Source: Gammaproteobacteria bacterium
GTDB lineage: Bacteria > Pseudomonadota > Gammaproteobacteria > Acidiferrobacterales > SZUA-150
NCBI GenBank assembly: GCA_029880545.1
Contig: JAOUOD010000004.1
Location: 141,712-205,711 of the forward strand
Reading direction: 5' to 3'
DNA length: 64,000 bases
Below the pieces are notes generated by a model. It made no database searches, had not been told where the DNA came from, and worked only from the letters and a program-made list of their open reading frames with translations. This document shows, in pieces, positions 19,105-28,802 of this stretch (position 1 is its first letter; the number at the start of each line of letters is the position of its first letter). The position numbers were made by a program, and so were the translations under genes.

Positions 19105-20150
19105 GGACTGGGATTGGGGTAGCGCTGATGTATGGCCTCAATCCCGTCAAGCACTTCCTCGCCAAGAACCATGTCAACACTGTCGATATTGATTTTCAGC
19201 TGCTCGAGACTGGTGGCACCAATAATTGTGCTGGTCAGGAAAGGGCGGCTGTTTACGTAGGCCAGTGCCATTTGCGATGGGTCCAGGCCGTGATCCCGGG
19301 CAAGGGCAGTATAATCTTCAACCGCCTTGACCGCGTTGGGCCGGGAATAGCGGGCGTAGTTTTCAAACAGCGTCAGCCTGGCGCCTTCCGGTTTGGCCCC
19401 GCCTATATACTTTCCTGAAAGCACGCCGAATCCCAGCGGCGAATAAGCCAGCAGCCCGGTTTGTTCATGACGGGCAAATTCCGCCAGCCCGATTTCAAAG
19501 GTCCGGTTCAGCAGATTATACGGGTTTTGTATCGATACAATGCGCGGGAAACCTTTTTGTTCGGCGACGCGCAGGAACTGGTGCAAACCCCAGGGCGTTT
19601 CATTGGACAGGCCGATATGGCGAATCTTGCCGCTGTTGACCAGATCGTTCAGCACCGACAGCGTTTCCTCGATACCGGCAACATCATTGTCAGATGATTC
19701 TTCCGGGTAACTGTAGCCGAGTTTACCGAAGAAGTTGGTTGGCCGGTCCGGCCAGTGCAGTTGGTACAGATCTATATAATCTGTTTGCAGGCGCTTCAGG
19801 CTGGCTTCAACCGCGGCTTCTATGTTGGCGCGATCCAGCCGTGCGTTGCCGTTGCGAACATGTGACATCCAGTCGGCGCGGCCTATCACCTTGCTGGCGA
19901 TGACAAGCTTGTCCCGTCCACCGCGCTTGTGCAGCCAGTTTCCAATAATGGTTTCGGTTGACCCGTAGGTTTCGGCGCGTGGTGGTATGGAATACATTTC
20001 GGCGGTATCAATGAAATTGATTTCATGGTCCATGGCCATGTCAAGCTGGGCATGACCTTCTGCCTCGGTATTCTGTTCGCCCCAGGTCATGGACCCGAGG
20101 CAGATAACGCTTACATCAATATTGGTGTTGCCAAGCTTGTTATAAATCAT
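19101..20150 (-). CDS. tas: NADP(H)-dependent aldo-keto reductase, Tas-like
   Basis: 349 aa. The N-terminus (LGSMTWGEQNTEAEGHAQLDMAMDHEINFIDTAEMY) parallels E. coli Tas as I recall it. AKR catalytic D/Y/K/H context is present. Confidence 0.8.
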   Translation of the reverse strand: MIYNKLGNTNIDVSVICLGSMTWGEQNTEAEGHAQLDMAMDHEINFIDTAEMYSIPPRAETYGSTETIIGNWLHKRGGRDKLVIASKVIGRADWMSHVRNGNARLDRANIEAAVEASLKRLQTDYIDLYQLHWPDRPTNFFGKLGYSYPEESSDNDVAGIEETLSVLNDLVNSGKIRHIGLSNETPWGLHQFLRVAEQKGFPRIVSIQNPYNLLNRTFEIGLAEFARHEQTGLLAYSPLGFGVLSGKYIGGAKPEGARLTLFENYARYSRPNAVKAVEDYTALARDHGLDPSQMALAYVNSRPFLTSTIIGATSLEQLKINIDSVDMVLGEEVLDGIEAIHQRYPNPSP

Positions 20151-20178
20151 GGTGCTCCAGTTGTCTGAACGTCTTTGT

Positions 20179-22014
20179 CTATTTTTCGATGTGTGGTGGC
20201 GCGACCTTCATGACTTCTTCAATCGTGGTCAGGCCCCGTGCAACTTTTTCTGCGCCACTCAGGCGCAGGCTATGCATACCCTCCTTGTAGGCCTGTCGGC
20301 GCAGTGAGGCAATGTCGCCTTCTTCATCAATAAGCCTGTGCAATGGTGCGCTCAGTGACATCACTTCATAAATGCCAATACGCCCCTGGTAGCCTGTGTT
20401 GCGACACTCAAGACAGCCCGCAGGTTTGCATACCTGTTTGGGCGCGTGCACGGTCCATGGTGCAATCAGCGCCTGCCATTGGCTTTCATCTACGGTCGTT
20501 TTTTCCTTGCAGTGAGGACACAGGGTGCGCACCAGGCGCTGGGCGACGATGCCTACCAGTGTTGCATTGAGCAGGTAGGCAGGTACGCCGATTTCCATCA
20601 ATCGCGTGATTGCTGTCGGTGCGTCATTGGTATGCAATGTCGACAATACCAGGTGACCGGTAAGGGCGGCCTGTACCGCCATGTCCGCAGTTTCGCGGTC
20701 GCGGATTTCGCCCACCATAATGATGTCCGGGTCCTGGCGCAACAGGTTGCGCACTCCTGCAGCAAAATCCAGGTCAATGTTGGATTGCACCTGCATCTGG
20801 TTGAGACTGTCATCAATCATTTCGATCGGATCTTCAATGGTGCAAACATTGACTTCCGGCCTGGCCAGGTGTTTCAGCGTCGAATAGAGTGTTGTGGTTT
20901 TGCCGGACCCGGTAGGGCCGGTAACCAGGATAATGCCGTGAGGGCGGCTGACCATATCGTTCCATTTTGACAGGTCATCATCATTCAGACCCAGCTCCTT
21001 GAAACTGCGCACGAGTACTTCCGGATCAAAGATACGCATGACCAGCTTTTCACCAAATGCGGTGGGCATGGTCGACAAGCGCAGTTCAATTTCCTTGTCG
21101 TCCGGTGTCCTGGTCTTGATGCGCCCGTCCTGGGGGCGACGTTTTTCGGCGACATCCATGCGCCCGAGAATCTTCAGTCGTGATGTTACTGCCGCGGTGA
21201 CCGGTGGTGGTAGCTGGTAGACAAGATGTAATACGCCATCGATACGGAACCGGATGTTTCCCTGGTCTCGACGCGGTTCGACATGAATATCACTGGCGCG
21301 CTGATCAAAGGCATACTGCAACAGCCAGTCGACAATGGTAACGACGTGCTGGTCATCGGCGTCAAGCTTGCCTGTGCGACCCAGCTCCACCAGTTGTTCG
21401 AGATTGTTCAGGCCGCTGTCGCTGGCGCCATGATCGCGACTGGCCTGACTCACGGATTTTGCCAGGCTGTAAAATTCCACCGTGTAACGACTGACATCGG
21501 CCGGGTTGGCAAATACCCGTTTTATCGGTTTTCGTACTGCCCGGGAAATCTCCTGTTCCCAGTCACGGAACGCCGGTTGCGTGACGGCAATCACCACTTC
21601 CTGGTCATTAATGGCAACCGGCAGAATCCGGTTTCGCTGCGCGTAGCTGTATTTCATGACTGTGGTGATGGGACCAACATCGGTTTTCAGCGGATCGATG
21701 TGGTAGTAGGGCAGGCCGATCTTGGATGCCAGCCACTCTGTCAGGGTTTCGGCATCGAGCAGTTTGTGTGGCGGTTTTGCATTGACCGGTTTTTCATTTA
21801 TAACCTGTGTAAGCGGATGGGTCTCGCCATCGAGGGTTGGCGTGGCCCGGTACAACTGTTCTCTCTGCTTGTCATCAATCAGGCCGTCTTCCAGCAAGCC
21901 TTCAACGACGGTTCGGAAGTCGAGTTTCTTTTGTTCCGTGCCAATGCGAAAGCCCGACCAGTTTACCTGTGACGTGCCTGTCTTTTTATCCGTGGGAGTT
22001 TTCACCGTTGCCAT
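20179..22014 (-). CDS. GspE/PulE/PilB-family secretion ATPase (orphan)
   Basis: T2SSE_N-like N-domain, Walker A GPTGSGKTTT, Walker B IIMVGEIRD, His box LTGHLVLSTLHTNDA, and a Cys cluster CPHC ... CLEC. No GspF/PilC, pilin or secretin genes are nearby. Confidence 0.85.
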   Translation of the reverse strand: MATVKTPTDKKTGTSQVNWSGFRIGTEQKKLDFRTVVEGLLEDGLIDDKQREQLYRATPTLDGETHPLTQVINEKPVNAKPPHKLLDAETLTEWLASKIGLPYYHIDPLKTDVGPITTVMKYSYAQRNRILPVAINDQEVVIAVTQPAFRDWEQEISRAVRKPIKRVFANPADVSRYTVEFYSLAKSVSQASRDHGASDSGLNNLEQLVELGRTGKLDADDQHVVTIVDWLLQYAFDQRASDIHVEPRRDQGNIRFRIDGVLHLVYQLPPPVTAAVTSRLKILGRMDVAEKRRPQDGRIKTRTPDDKEIELRLSTMPTAFGEKLVMRIFDPEVLVRSFKELGLNDDDLSKWNDMVSRPHGIILVTGPTGSGKTTTLYSTLKHLARPEVNVCTIEDPIEMIDDSLNQMQVQSNIDLDFAAGVRNLLRQDPDIIMVGEIRDRETADMAVQAALTGHLVLSTLHTNDAPTAITRLMEIGVPAYLLNATLVGIVAQRLVRTLCPHCKEKTTVDESQWQALIAPWTVHAPKQVCKPAGCLECRNTGYQGRIGIYEVMSLSAPLHRLIDEEGDIASLRRQAYKEGMHSLRLSGAEKVARGLTTIEEVMKVAPPHIEK

Positions 22015-22027
22015 GGTTTAAGTCCAT

Positions 22028-22063
22028 CCATTCGCTGCATGGCATCTACTATGCCGCGAATGG
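22028..22063 (-). promoter_or_regulatory. bulged hairpin between the lipA stop and the GspE-like start
   Basis: CCATTCGC/GCGAATGG (8 bp) encloses GGCAT-ctact-ATGCC (5 bp) with a 5-nt bulge. It ends 13 nt upstream of the ATPase ATG on the minus strand. No U-tract. Confidence 0.35.
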
Positions 22064-22109
22064 CGGCAAACTTCCACGCGGGAAACGGTCGAATCGCATT
22101 TTGTCGAAG

Positions 22110-23078
22110 CTAAATACCGGCAGCCTGCTGATCGGCATGGTAGGAGGACCTGACCATTGGTCCGCAGGCGGCCTGTTTGAAGCCCATGGCCTCGGCCTCG
22201 CGGGTATACGTGTCAAAGGTTTCGGGGGGTACGTAGCGTTCCACCGGCAGGTGATGCTGGCCGGGTTGCAGGTACTGGCCGATGGTGAGCATGTCGCAGT
22301 CATGATTGCGCAGGTCGCGCATGACATTGAGTATTTCATCGTCCTGTTCGCCGATGCCCACCATCAAGCCGGACTTGGTGATGACGTCCGGGTAGTGTTG
22401 CTTGAATGCCTTGATCAGGTCCAGTGAATGCTGGTAATCGGCGCCGGGTCGCGCTTTCCTGTACAGGCGCGGAACGGTTTCGAGATTATGGTTCAGCACA
22501 TCGGGCAAGCCACTGGCAAAAATGTCGATGGCCTTGTCCATGCGCCCGCGAAAATCCGGCGTCAGTATCTCGATACGGGTTGTTGGCGAGGTGTTGCGAA
22601 CGGCATTGATGCAATCAACAAAATGTTGCGCGCCGCCATCTCGCAGGTCGTCACGATCCACCGAGGTGATAACAACGTATTTCAGACCCATGGCCTTGAT
22701 GGTATCGGCCAGCTGTTGTGGTTCACCGGCATCCAGCGGTTCGGGTTTGCCATGGGCGACGTCACAGAATGGACAGCGCCGGGTGCATATCTTGCCCATG
22801 ATCAGGAACGTGGCAGTACCGTGACCAAAACATTCGCCAAGGTTCGGGCATGCCGCTTCTTCGCAAACCGTGTGCAGTTTGTGTTGACGCAGTATGTCAC
22901 GCAGGCGCAAGGCTTCCGGATTGTTGGGCGCCTTGGCGCGTATCCACGATGGTTTGCGCAGCGGCACATCCCTGGGTACTACCTTGACCGGAATACGACT
23001 GGTCTTGCTTTCGCCCTTGAGCGGGTTGGGCGGCAAGGGTTTGTCCTTATCCGGGTTGTAATCGTTACTGCTGGACAT
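22110..23078 (-). CDS. lipA: lipoyl synthase
   Basis: Radical-SAM CTRRCPFC plus the auxiliary cluster motif [12 protein letters not shown]. Confidence 0.96.
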   Translation of the reverse strand: MSSSNDYNPDKDKPLPPNPLKGESKTSRIPVKVVPRDVPLRKPSWIRAKAPNNPEALRLRDILRQHKLHTVCEEAACPNLGECFGHGTATFLIMGKICTRRCPFCDVAHGKPEPLDAGEPQQLADTIKAMGLKYVVITSVDRDDLRDGGAQHFVDCINAVRNTSPTTRIEILTPDFRGRMDKAIDIFASGLPDVLNHNLETVPRLYRKARPGADYQHSLDLIKAFKQHYPDVITKSGLMVGIGEQDDEILNVMRDLRNHDCDMLTIGQYLQPGQHHLPVERYVPPETFDTYTREAEAMGFKQAACGPMVRSSYHADQQAAGI

Positions 23079-23092
23079 GGTCAGGTGTGATC

Positions 23093-23743
23093 TCAGGACT
23101 GATGCTGAACAAGAATCTCGGGCCGGTCATTGTACCCCAGGTTCCGCAGCAGGTGTGATTGCAATTGCTGTTGCACGGTATTGGCATCGTAATCAAACAG
23201 CTCCTTGAGCTGGGTCATGCGAATACCCTGCAAACCGCAAGGGGTAATGCGATCAAAAGGTTCCAGGTCCATGTTGGCATTTATGGAAAGGCCATGGTAA
23301 CTGTGATGGCGGCGAATGCGCAGTCCCAGCGATGCCAGCTTGCTGTCATTTACGTATACCCCGGGCGCGCCTTCACGCCGGTGACCCTGGACACCGTAAT
23401 CAGCGAGCAGGTCGACGACGGTCTGTTCCATGGCATCAACCAGTTGCCGGACGCCCCAGTTGCGTCGTTCCATGTCCATGAGTACGTAGGCAATATATTG
23501 ACCGGGGCCATGATAGGTAATGTCACCGCCACGGTCAGTCTTGATGCAGGGAATCTCGCCAGCGGCCGGTGGTTGTTCGTGGGCATTGAGTCCCAGCGTA
23601 TAAACCGGCCGATGTTGCAGCAGCCATATTTCATCCATGGCATCGGCCTTGCGATGCATGGAAAAATATCTCATTGTCTGCCAGACTGGTTCGTAATCAC
23701 GCAAACCCATGTCACGAATCCTGACAGTAGACAGCCCTGTCAT
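23093..23743 (-). CDS. lipB: lipoyl(octanoyl) transferase
   Basis: [14 protein letters not shown] and the catalytic PCG motif (ITPCGL). Confidence 0.93.
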   Translation of the reverse strand: MTGLSTVRIRDMGLRDYEPVWQTMRYFSMHRKADAMDEIWLLQHRPVYTLGLNAHEQPPAAGEIPCIKTDRGGDITYHGPGQYIAYVLMDMERRNWGVRQLVDAMEQTVVDLLADYGVQGHRREGAPGVYVNDSKLASLGLRIRRHHSYHGLSINANMDLEPFDRITPCGLQGIRMTQLKELFDYDANTVQQQLQSHLLRNLGYNDRPEILVQHQS

Positions 23744-23748
23744 GACAG

Positions 23749-24615
23749 TCAGTCTACCTTGCCGTCACGAAAGTCCTGCTTGTATTGCCTGTAGATAGCA
23801 AACATTTTTTCATGCATGGCACCGGGCTTGCCGCTGCCCACGGGCTTGCCGTCAATGGTTGTAATCGGCAGGATCTCCTTGGTTGAGCTGGTCAGCCAGA
23901 CTTCGTCGGCATCAAAGACTTCAGCCTCGGTAATATCCCGTTCTTCCATGGCAACATTATTGGCCTGCGCCAGCTCGACCACCAGGTCGCGGGTAATGCC
24001 GGGAAGAATATAGCGACCCTTGCCCGGTGTGGCGATGACGTTGTTCTTGACGATAAATATGTTGCTGGCCGCGCCTTCGGTAAGCATGTGATCGCGTAAC
24101 AGGATGGCTTCAACGGCGCCTTGTTGCTTGGCCTGTTCCCGCAACATCACTGCGGCAAGCAGGGCAATGGCCTTGATGTCGCAACGTAGCCAGCGGATAT
24201 CCTCGGCGGTGACAGCATTGACACCGTTGGCCAGGGTGGTGTCATCGGGATACTTGAGCGGAGTTGCATAGGCAAATACCGTCGGCTTGCTTGAAGCCGG
24301 GAACACGTGGTCGCGCGGTGCCGGGCCACGGGTAACCTGCATGTAAATGTACTGGTCGCCGCTATCGTCGCCTGCAAGTTTGTCCAGCATGTCGGACCAT
24401 TGCTGACGCGTCATGTCCAGCGTGATACCCAGTGCCTTGAGGCTGTTGTCCAGGCGTTGCAAGTGATGCTCGAGACGGAATGACCGTCCGCCGAAAACCG
24501 GTATGACTTCGTAGACGCCGTCTCCAAAGATGAAGCCACGATCAAAAGCGGAAACCTGTGCCGTGTCAGCCGGAACAAATTCACCGTTGAGATAAACCTG
24601 CTTGATGTTATTCAT
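23749..24615 (-). CDS. dat: D-amino-acid (D-alanine) aminotransferase, class IV
   Basis: VYLNGEFVP ... DRGFIFGDGVYEVIPVF ... HLQRL is the class IV fold-type signature. I chose ATG 24615; the track ORF extends to 24648. Confidence 0.8.
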   Translation of the reverse strand: MNNIKQVYLNGEFVPADTAQVSAFDRGFIFGDGVYEVIPVFGGRSFRLEHHLQRLDNSLKALGITLDMTRQQWSDMLDKLAGDDSGDQYIYMQVTRGPAPRDHVFPASSKPTVFAYATPLKYPDDTTLANGVNAVTAEDIRWLRCDIKAIALLAAVMLREQAKQQGAVEAILLRDHMLTEGAASNIFIVKNNVIATPGKGRYILPGITRDLVVELAQANNVAMEERDITEAEVFDADEVWLTSSTKEILPITTIDGKPVGSGKPGAMHEKMFAIYRQYKQDFRDGKVD

Positions 24616-24722
24616 TGTATTCAGCCAGTGGGTTGATAGTAATTGCATGGGGCAGATGCGTTACCGATAAAATTGGGCTGGTACCGCCGCTTGCCTGTTA
24701 AAGGTGTCCTGGATCCTGTTCG

Positions 24723-24746
24723 TGACCGGGTCAGCTGACCCGGTCA
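24723..24746. repeat. perfect 24-nt palindrome overlapping the dacA stop codon
   Basis: TGACCGGGTCAGCTGACCCGGTCA equals its own reverse complement. It may act as a terminator or RNA-stability hairpin. No U-tract. Confidence 0.6.
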
Positions 24747-25868
24747 TTGAAACCGGATTCTAATCGAATCCATCAGTCGACTGAACAGGCCACCTTCATC
24801 GATTGGTGCCAATGCCACCAGCGGCGCCTCGACCAGTTGACGGTCTCCGAGCGAGATTTTAAGTGTGCCCAGTGGCTGGCCCCGCCGTACAGGCGCATAG
24901 ACAGCATGGTCGAATTCCAGGTTGGCCCGGGTTTCGTGATGACGGCCACGGGCGAGGGTCAGGACAATGTCTGAACTGACACCGGCTGCAACCTTGTCCC
25001 TTTCGCCCATCCACACCGGGACGTTGGTAATTCCGTGATTGGCCTGGTACAGGCGCCGGGTTTCAAAGCCGGTAAATCCGTATTCCAGCAGTTCCCTGGC
25101 CGCATCGGCCTGGTGTTGCGCGTTGTCAGCGCCCAGTACGACCGCGACCAGTCGCATCCCGTCTCGTTCGGCGGAGGCGGCGAGGCAATGCGCCGCGTGT
25201 CGCGTTTGCCCGGTTTTCATACCGGTTATATCGGCCATTTGCCAGAGCAGGGCGTTGCGGTTGTGAAATTCCAGTCCGCGGTAGCTGAATATTTTTTGCG
25301 AGAACCGGGTGAGTTCACCGGGATGGTCGGCAATCAGTCGCGAGGCCAGGCGGGCCAGGTCACGGGCACTGGAGTGGTGTCCCGGTTGATCGAGTCCGGT
25401 GACGTTGGTGAAACGGGTGTTTGACAATCCGAGCTGTTGCGCCCGCGCATTCATTAGCCCTGTCATCGCTGCCTCTGAGCCGGCTAGATGTTCGGCCAGC
25501 AGGATCGCGGCATCATTGGCCGAGGCGATAATGATGGCATCAAGCAGCTCGCTGATGCTGATGTGTCCGCTGGCGGCGAGATGTATGCGGGAGCCGGTGG
25601 TCTTTACTGGTCTTGCTTCAACTTCGGTGCTGGTTACCGGTTCATTACGCCCGAACTTTTCAAGCGTTTCGAGCGCCAGCATGAGCTTGGTCAGGCTGCC
25701 TATGGCCCGTTGCTCGTCGGCATTGTGCTCTGCCAATACCTGGCCGCTGTCGATGTCCATCAACAGCCAGGCCCTGGCCTTGACTGATGGTTCGGCGACA
25801 GCGACTTGCATCATGCTGACTATGGATAACAGCATGATTGACAGTGTTGATGTGACGCGGTGCATCAT
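24744..25868 (-). CDS. dacA: D-alanyl-D-alanine carboxypeptidase (PBP5/6 type, S11)
   Basis: Signal peptide, SLTK (SxxK), SAN (SxN) and KTG motifs. It lies next to rlpA, as in E. coli. Confidence 0.87.
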   Translation of the reverse strand: MMHRVTSTLSIMLLSIVSMMQVAVAEPSVKARAWLLMDIDSGQVLAEHNADEQRAIGSLTKLMLALETLEKFGRNEPVTSTEVEARPVKTTGSRIHLAASGHISISELLDAIIIASANDAAILLAEHLAGSEAAMTGLMNARAQQLGLSNTRFTNVTGLDQPGHHSSARDLARLASRLIADHPGELTRFSQKIFSYRGLEFHNRNALLWQMADITGMKTGQTRHAAHCLAASAERDGMRLVAVVLGADNAQHQADAARELLEYGFTGFETRRLYQANHGITNVPVWMGERDKVAAGVSSDIVLTLARGRHHETRANLEFDHAVYAPVRRGQPLGTLKISLGDRQLVEAPLVALAPIDEGGLFSRLMDSIRIRFQ

Positions 25869-25886
25869 TGCCTGGCCTGCGTTCGG

Positions 25887-26714
25887 TCAGTCAACAACAA
25901 TATGACTGTCATGTATTCCCAGTTCTTTGACTTTTTCCGTCAGCCGGTCCAGGGCATTGATATCCGCCAGTGGCCCGATGCGGACTCGATAAAGTGTGCG
26001 TCCGGAGGAAGTTGAACCGACAACAAATACCTTGCCGAGATTTGCCGACTTGAGTCGTGACTCCAGTCGATAGGCATTACCGGAATCAGAAAAGGCACCG
26101 GTTTGCAGGTAGATTCTGTTGCCTGATGAAACTGTTTTGGCTGGCCTGGCCTGCTGTGCCAAGGTCGGTGGTGCTTCATTACGATAATTGTCGATGTCCA
26201 CTGCCCGAACTTCAACCACGCCGGTGCCGGTGCCGACAATGCCCAACTGGCTGGCTGCAGAGTAGGACAGGTCGATGAGCCGGTTATGCAGAAACGGGCC
26301 ACGATCATTGACCCGAACAATCAGTGAGCGCCCGTTATCAAGATTGGTGACATGAACATAGGATGGCAGCGGCAGCGTCTTGTGCGCTGCGCTCAAGGCG
26401 TACATGTTGTAGGTTTCGCCGTTTGAAGTGCGCTTGCCATGGAATTTCTTGCCATACCATGAAGCCACACCACGTTCGTGATAACCCTTGGCCGACTTCA
26501 TTGGTACATAGTGTTTGCCGAACACGGTGTAGGGTTTGTTGCCGCCACGGCTCAACGGTTCATGACGGGGAACAATTTTCTCTACCGAGTGAGGATTGGT
26601 TTCAGGCCTGGCATGCGGGCCGTCATCCATGTAATAACCGCCATCGCGTGATGCGCCGCCGAAACAGCCGCCAAGCAGGAATGCCAGGATTGTAGTCACT
26701 GCTGCGTGCTTCAT
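25887..26714 (-). CDS. rlpA: septal ring lytic transglycosylase RlpA (DPBB + SPOR)
   Basis: Lipobox LGGC, DPBB core (GVASWYG ... HGKRTSNGE ... AAHKTLPLPS ... VRVNDRGPF) and a C-terminal SPOR domain (YLQTGAF ... YRVRIGP). Confidence 0.9.
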   Translation of the reverse strand: MKHAAVTTILAFLLGGCFGGASRDGGYYMDDGPHARPETNPHSVEKIVPRHEPLSRGGNKPYTVFGKHYVPMKSAKGYHERGVASWYGKKFHGKRTSNGETYNMYALSAAHKTLPLPSYVHVTNLDNGRSLIVRVNDRGPFLHNRLIDLSYSAASQLGIVGTGTGVVEVRAVDIDNYRNEAPPTLAQQARPAKTVSSGNRIYLQTGAFSDSGNAYRLESRLKSANLGKVFVVGSTSSGRTLYRVRIGPLADINALDRLTEKVKELGIHDSHIVVD

Positions 26715-27703
26715 TGATTTTCGTTGTACCTGTGTTTGATCATTTGACCCAGTTCCACGACTGCCATGGCGTACTTCGTGCTGCGATTATAACGTGTTAT
26801 GACAAAAAAGTTATGGAATCCCAGGTGGTAGATGTAGGAATTGCGGCCCCGTAACCTCAGTAATGCAGCGTGCAGGCTGTCGTCTTCCTGATGGGTTTCG
26901 GGCAGTACCCCGTCTCTGCGAAGCGCGGAAAGGCTGATTTCGGGCTTGATCGCGTTGCTGTCGTACCATTCGGGCTCACCATTTTCCAGCAACGCCCGGT
27001 CTGTAATGGGTTGGTTGCGTTTCCAGCCATGCATCCTGAGATAGTTAGCAATACTGCCAATGGCATCAGTCTCGCTGCCCATGAGATTGATTTTGCTATC
27101 GCGGTCAAAGTCCACGGCGTATTGACGATAGCTGCTGGGCAAAAATTGCGGCAGGCCTATGGCGCCGGCATAGGAGCCGGTAACGGAGAGCGGATTGTGT
27201 TTCAGCTCCCGGGTCAGGATCAGGAATTGTTCCAGTTCACGACGAAACAGGGCACTGCGCCGGGGATAGGCAAATGCCAGGGTCGACAGTGCGTCAATTA
27301 CGCGGTATTGGCCAAGATTCACGCCAAACTGGGTCTCGACACCGATAATGCCGAGAATGATTTCAATATCAACGCCATACTGATGTTGCGCGCTTTCCAG
27401 TTCGCGCTGCCATTTTTTCCAGAAGTTAACCCCGCGCCTGGCGTTCAGGGCAGTAACAAACTGGTCGCGGTAGGCATGCCAGGGTTTGGCTTCACCCGGT
27501 GTATCCATGATGCGCACGATGTCTTCGCGTATTTCCACTTCCTCGAACAGCTGCTCAAGGTCATAAGCATAAAATCCGTGCCTGTCTTCCATTTCCTGGA
27601 TAAAGCGTACCGCTTCCGGGTAGCGATAAAATTCCAGTGCCCGGGCCGCAGGTGCAGCCAGCCCGATAACTGCCAGGAACGAGAAAACAAAAAGTAAGCG
27701 CAT
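26711..27703 (-). CDS. mltB: lytic murein transglycosylase B
   Basis: ILGIIGVETQFG catalytic Glu motif, GAIGLPQFLPSS, and YNRSTKYA near the C-terminus. Confidence 0.88.
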   Translation of the reverse strand: MRLLFVFSFLAVIGLAAPAARALEFYRYPEAVRFIQEMEDRHGFYAYDLEQLFEEVEIREDIVRIMDTPGEAKPWHAYRDQFVTALNARRGVNFWKKWQRELESAQHQYGVDIEIILGIIGVETQFGVNLGQYRVIDALSTLAFAYPRRSALFRRELEQFLILTRELKHNPLSVTGSYAGAIGLPQFLPSSYRQYAVDFDRDSKINLMGSETDAIGSIANYLRMHGWKRNQPITDRALLENGEPEWYDSNAIKPEISLSALRRDGVLPETHQEDDSLHAALLRLRGRNSYIYHLGFHNFFVITRYNRSTKYAMAVVELGQMIKHRYNENQ

Positions 27704-28800
27704 TAAACCTGTACGATTTTTCTGTGAGTCTGGATACTCATCAGGATACCAAAGCCGGCCATGAGTGTAACAATGGAACTGCCGCCAAAACTGACAATCG
27801 GCAATGGTACGCCTACTACCGGGAGTATGCCGGTTACCATGCCGATGTTGACAAAGAAATAAAAGAAAAAGGTCAGTGCCAGGCTGCCCGCCAGCAGCCG
27901 GGTGAATGTGTCCTGGGCGCTGAAACTGATCTGCAGGCCGCGAATTACCACAAACAGGTAAACGCTGAACAGGATCAGGATGCCGAGGAAACCGAACTCC
28001 TCGGCGAATACGGCGAAAATAAAATCTGTTGAGCGCTCCGGGATAAAGTCAAGCTGCGCCTGTGACCCGCCACCCCAGCCCTTGCCGTACAGACCGCCGG
28101 AGCCAACAGCGATCATGGATTGAATGGTGTGATAACCGGTGCCAAGTGGATCAGCGTTCGGATCAAACAGCGTTAACACACGCTTCTTCTGGTAGTCATG
28201 CATATAGAAGTTCCACAGCAGTGGAACAGCTCCGGCGGCAGCCAGTATCGCCGATGTAATCCATTTCCAGTTCATGCCCGCAAGGAACAGTACAAACAAG
28301 CCGGCAGTAGCGATCATGATGGCGGTTCCAAGATCCGGTTGCTTGGCAACCATGATTGCAGGCGTCACGATGATGGCCAGGCTGATCAGTACGTGTTTTG
28401 GCCTGGGTGGCATCGCGTTTCGTGACAAGAACCATGCAGCCATCATCGGCACGCCAAGTTTCATGATTTCCGAGGGCTGAATCCGGAACAGGCCGAGGTT
28501 GATCCAGCGTTGCGCACCTTTACTGGTGACGCCGATGGCCAGCACAATCAACAGCAGGCCGAGCCCTATTCCAAAAATATAGGGAGACCATCTGGACAGG
28601 GTTTCCGGCTGCAGCTGGGCAATGGCCAGCATAATGCCGAAGCCGAATGCCAGGCGCATGCCCTGGCCTGCGAGCAGCCGCATGTTTTCACCGCCGGCAC
28701 TGTAAAGCACGATGAGCGAGCAAAGCGCCAACAGTACAAGACCACTGAAAAGCGGTTTATCAAGATGCAAACGTTGATAGGCGTTCAGTGTGTCACGCAT
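27703..28800 (-). CDS. mrdB: peptidoglycan glycosyltransferase RodA (SEDS)
   Basis: Polytopic SEDS protein (QPSEIMK ... PDLGTA ... PERSTDFIFAV ... LPVVGVPLPIVSFGGSS). Confidence 0.93.
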   Translation of the reverse strand: MRDTLNAYQRLHLDKPLFSGLVLLALCSLIVLYSAGGENMRLLAGQGMRLAFGFGIMLAIAQLQPETLSRWSPYIFGIGLGLLLIVLAIGVTSKGAQRWINLGLFRIQPSEIMKLGVPMMAAWFLSRNAMPPRPKHVLISLAIIVTPAIMVAKQPDLGTAIMIATAGLFVLFLAGMNWKWITSAILAAAGAVPLLWNFYMHDYQKKRVLTLFDPNADPLGTGYHTIQSMIAVGSGGLYGKGWGGGSQAQLDFIPERSTDFIFAVFAEEFGFLGILILFSVYLFVVIRGLQISFSAQDTFTRLLAGSLALTFFFYFFVNIGMVTGILPVVGVPLPIVSFGGSSIVTLMAGFGILMSIQTHRKIVQV

Positions 28801-28802
28801 GA

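Noticed and set aside
20179-22014. A possible MshEN-type c-di-GMP-binding motif in the N-terminus of the GspE-like ATPase (FRTVVEGLLEDGLIDDKQREQLY).
   Set aside because: Only about half of the 24-residue RLGxxLxxxGxIxxxxLxxALxxQ pattern can be aligned. The leading R-L-G is out of register by one residue, and the key Leu at position 17 is Arg. That is too degenerate to claim binding.
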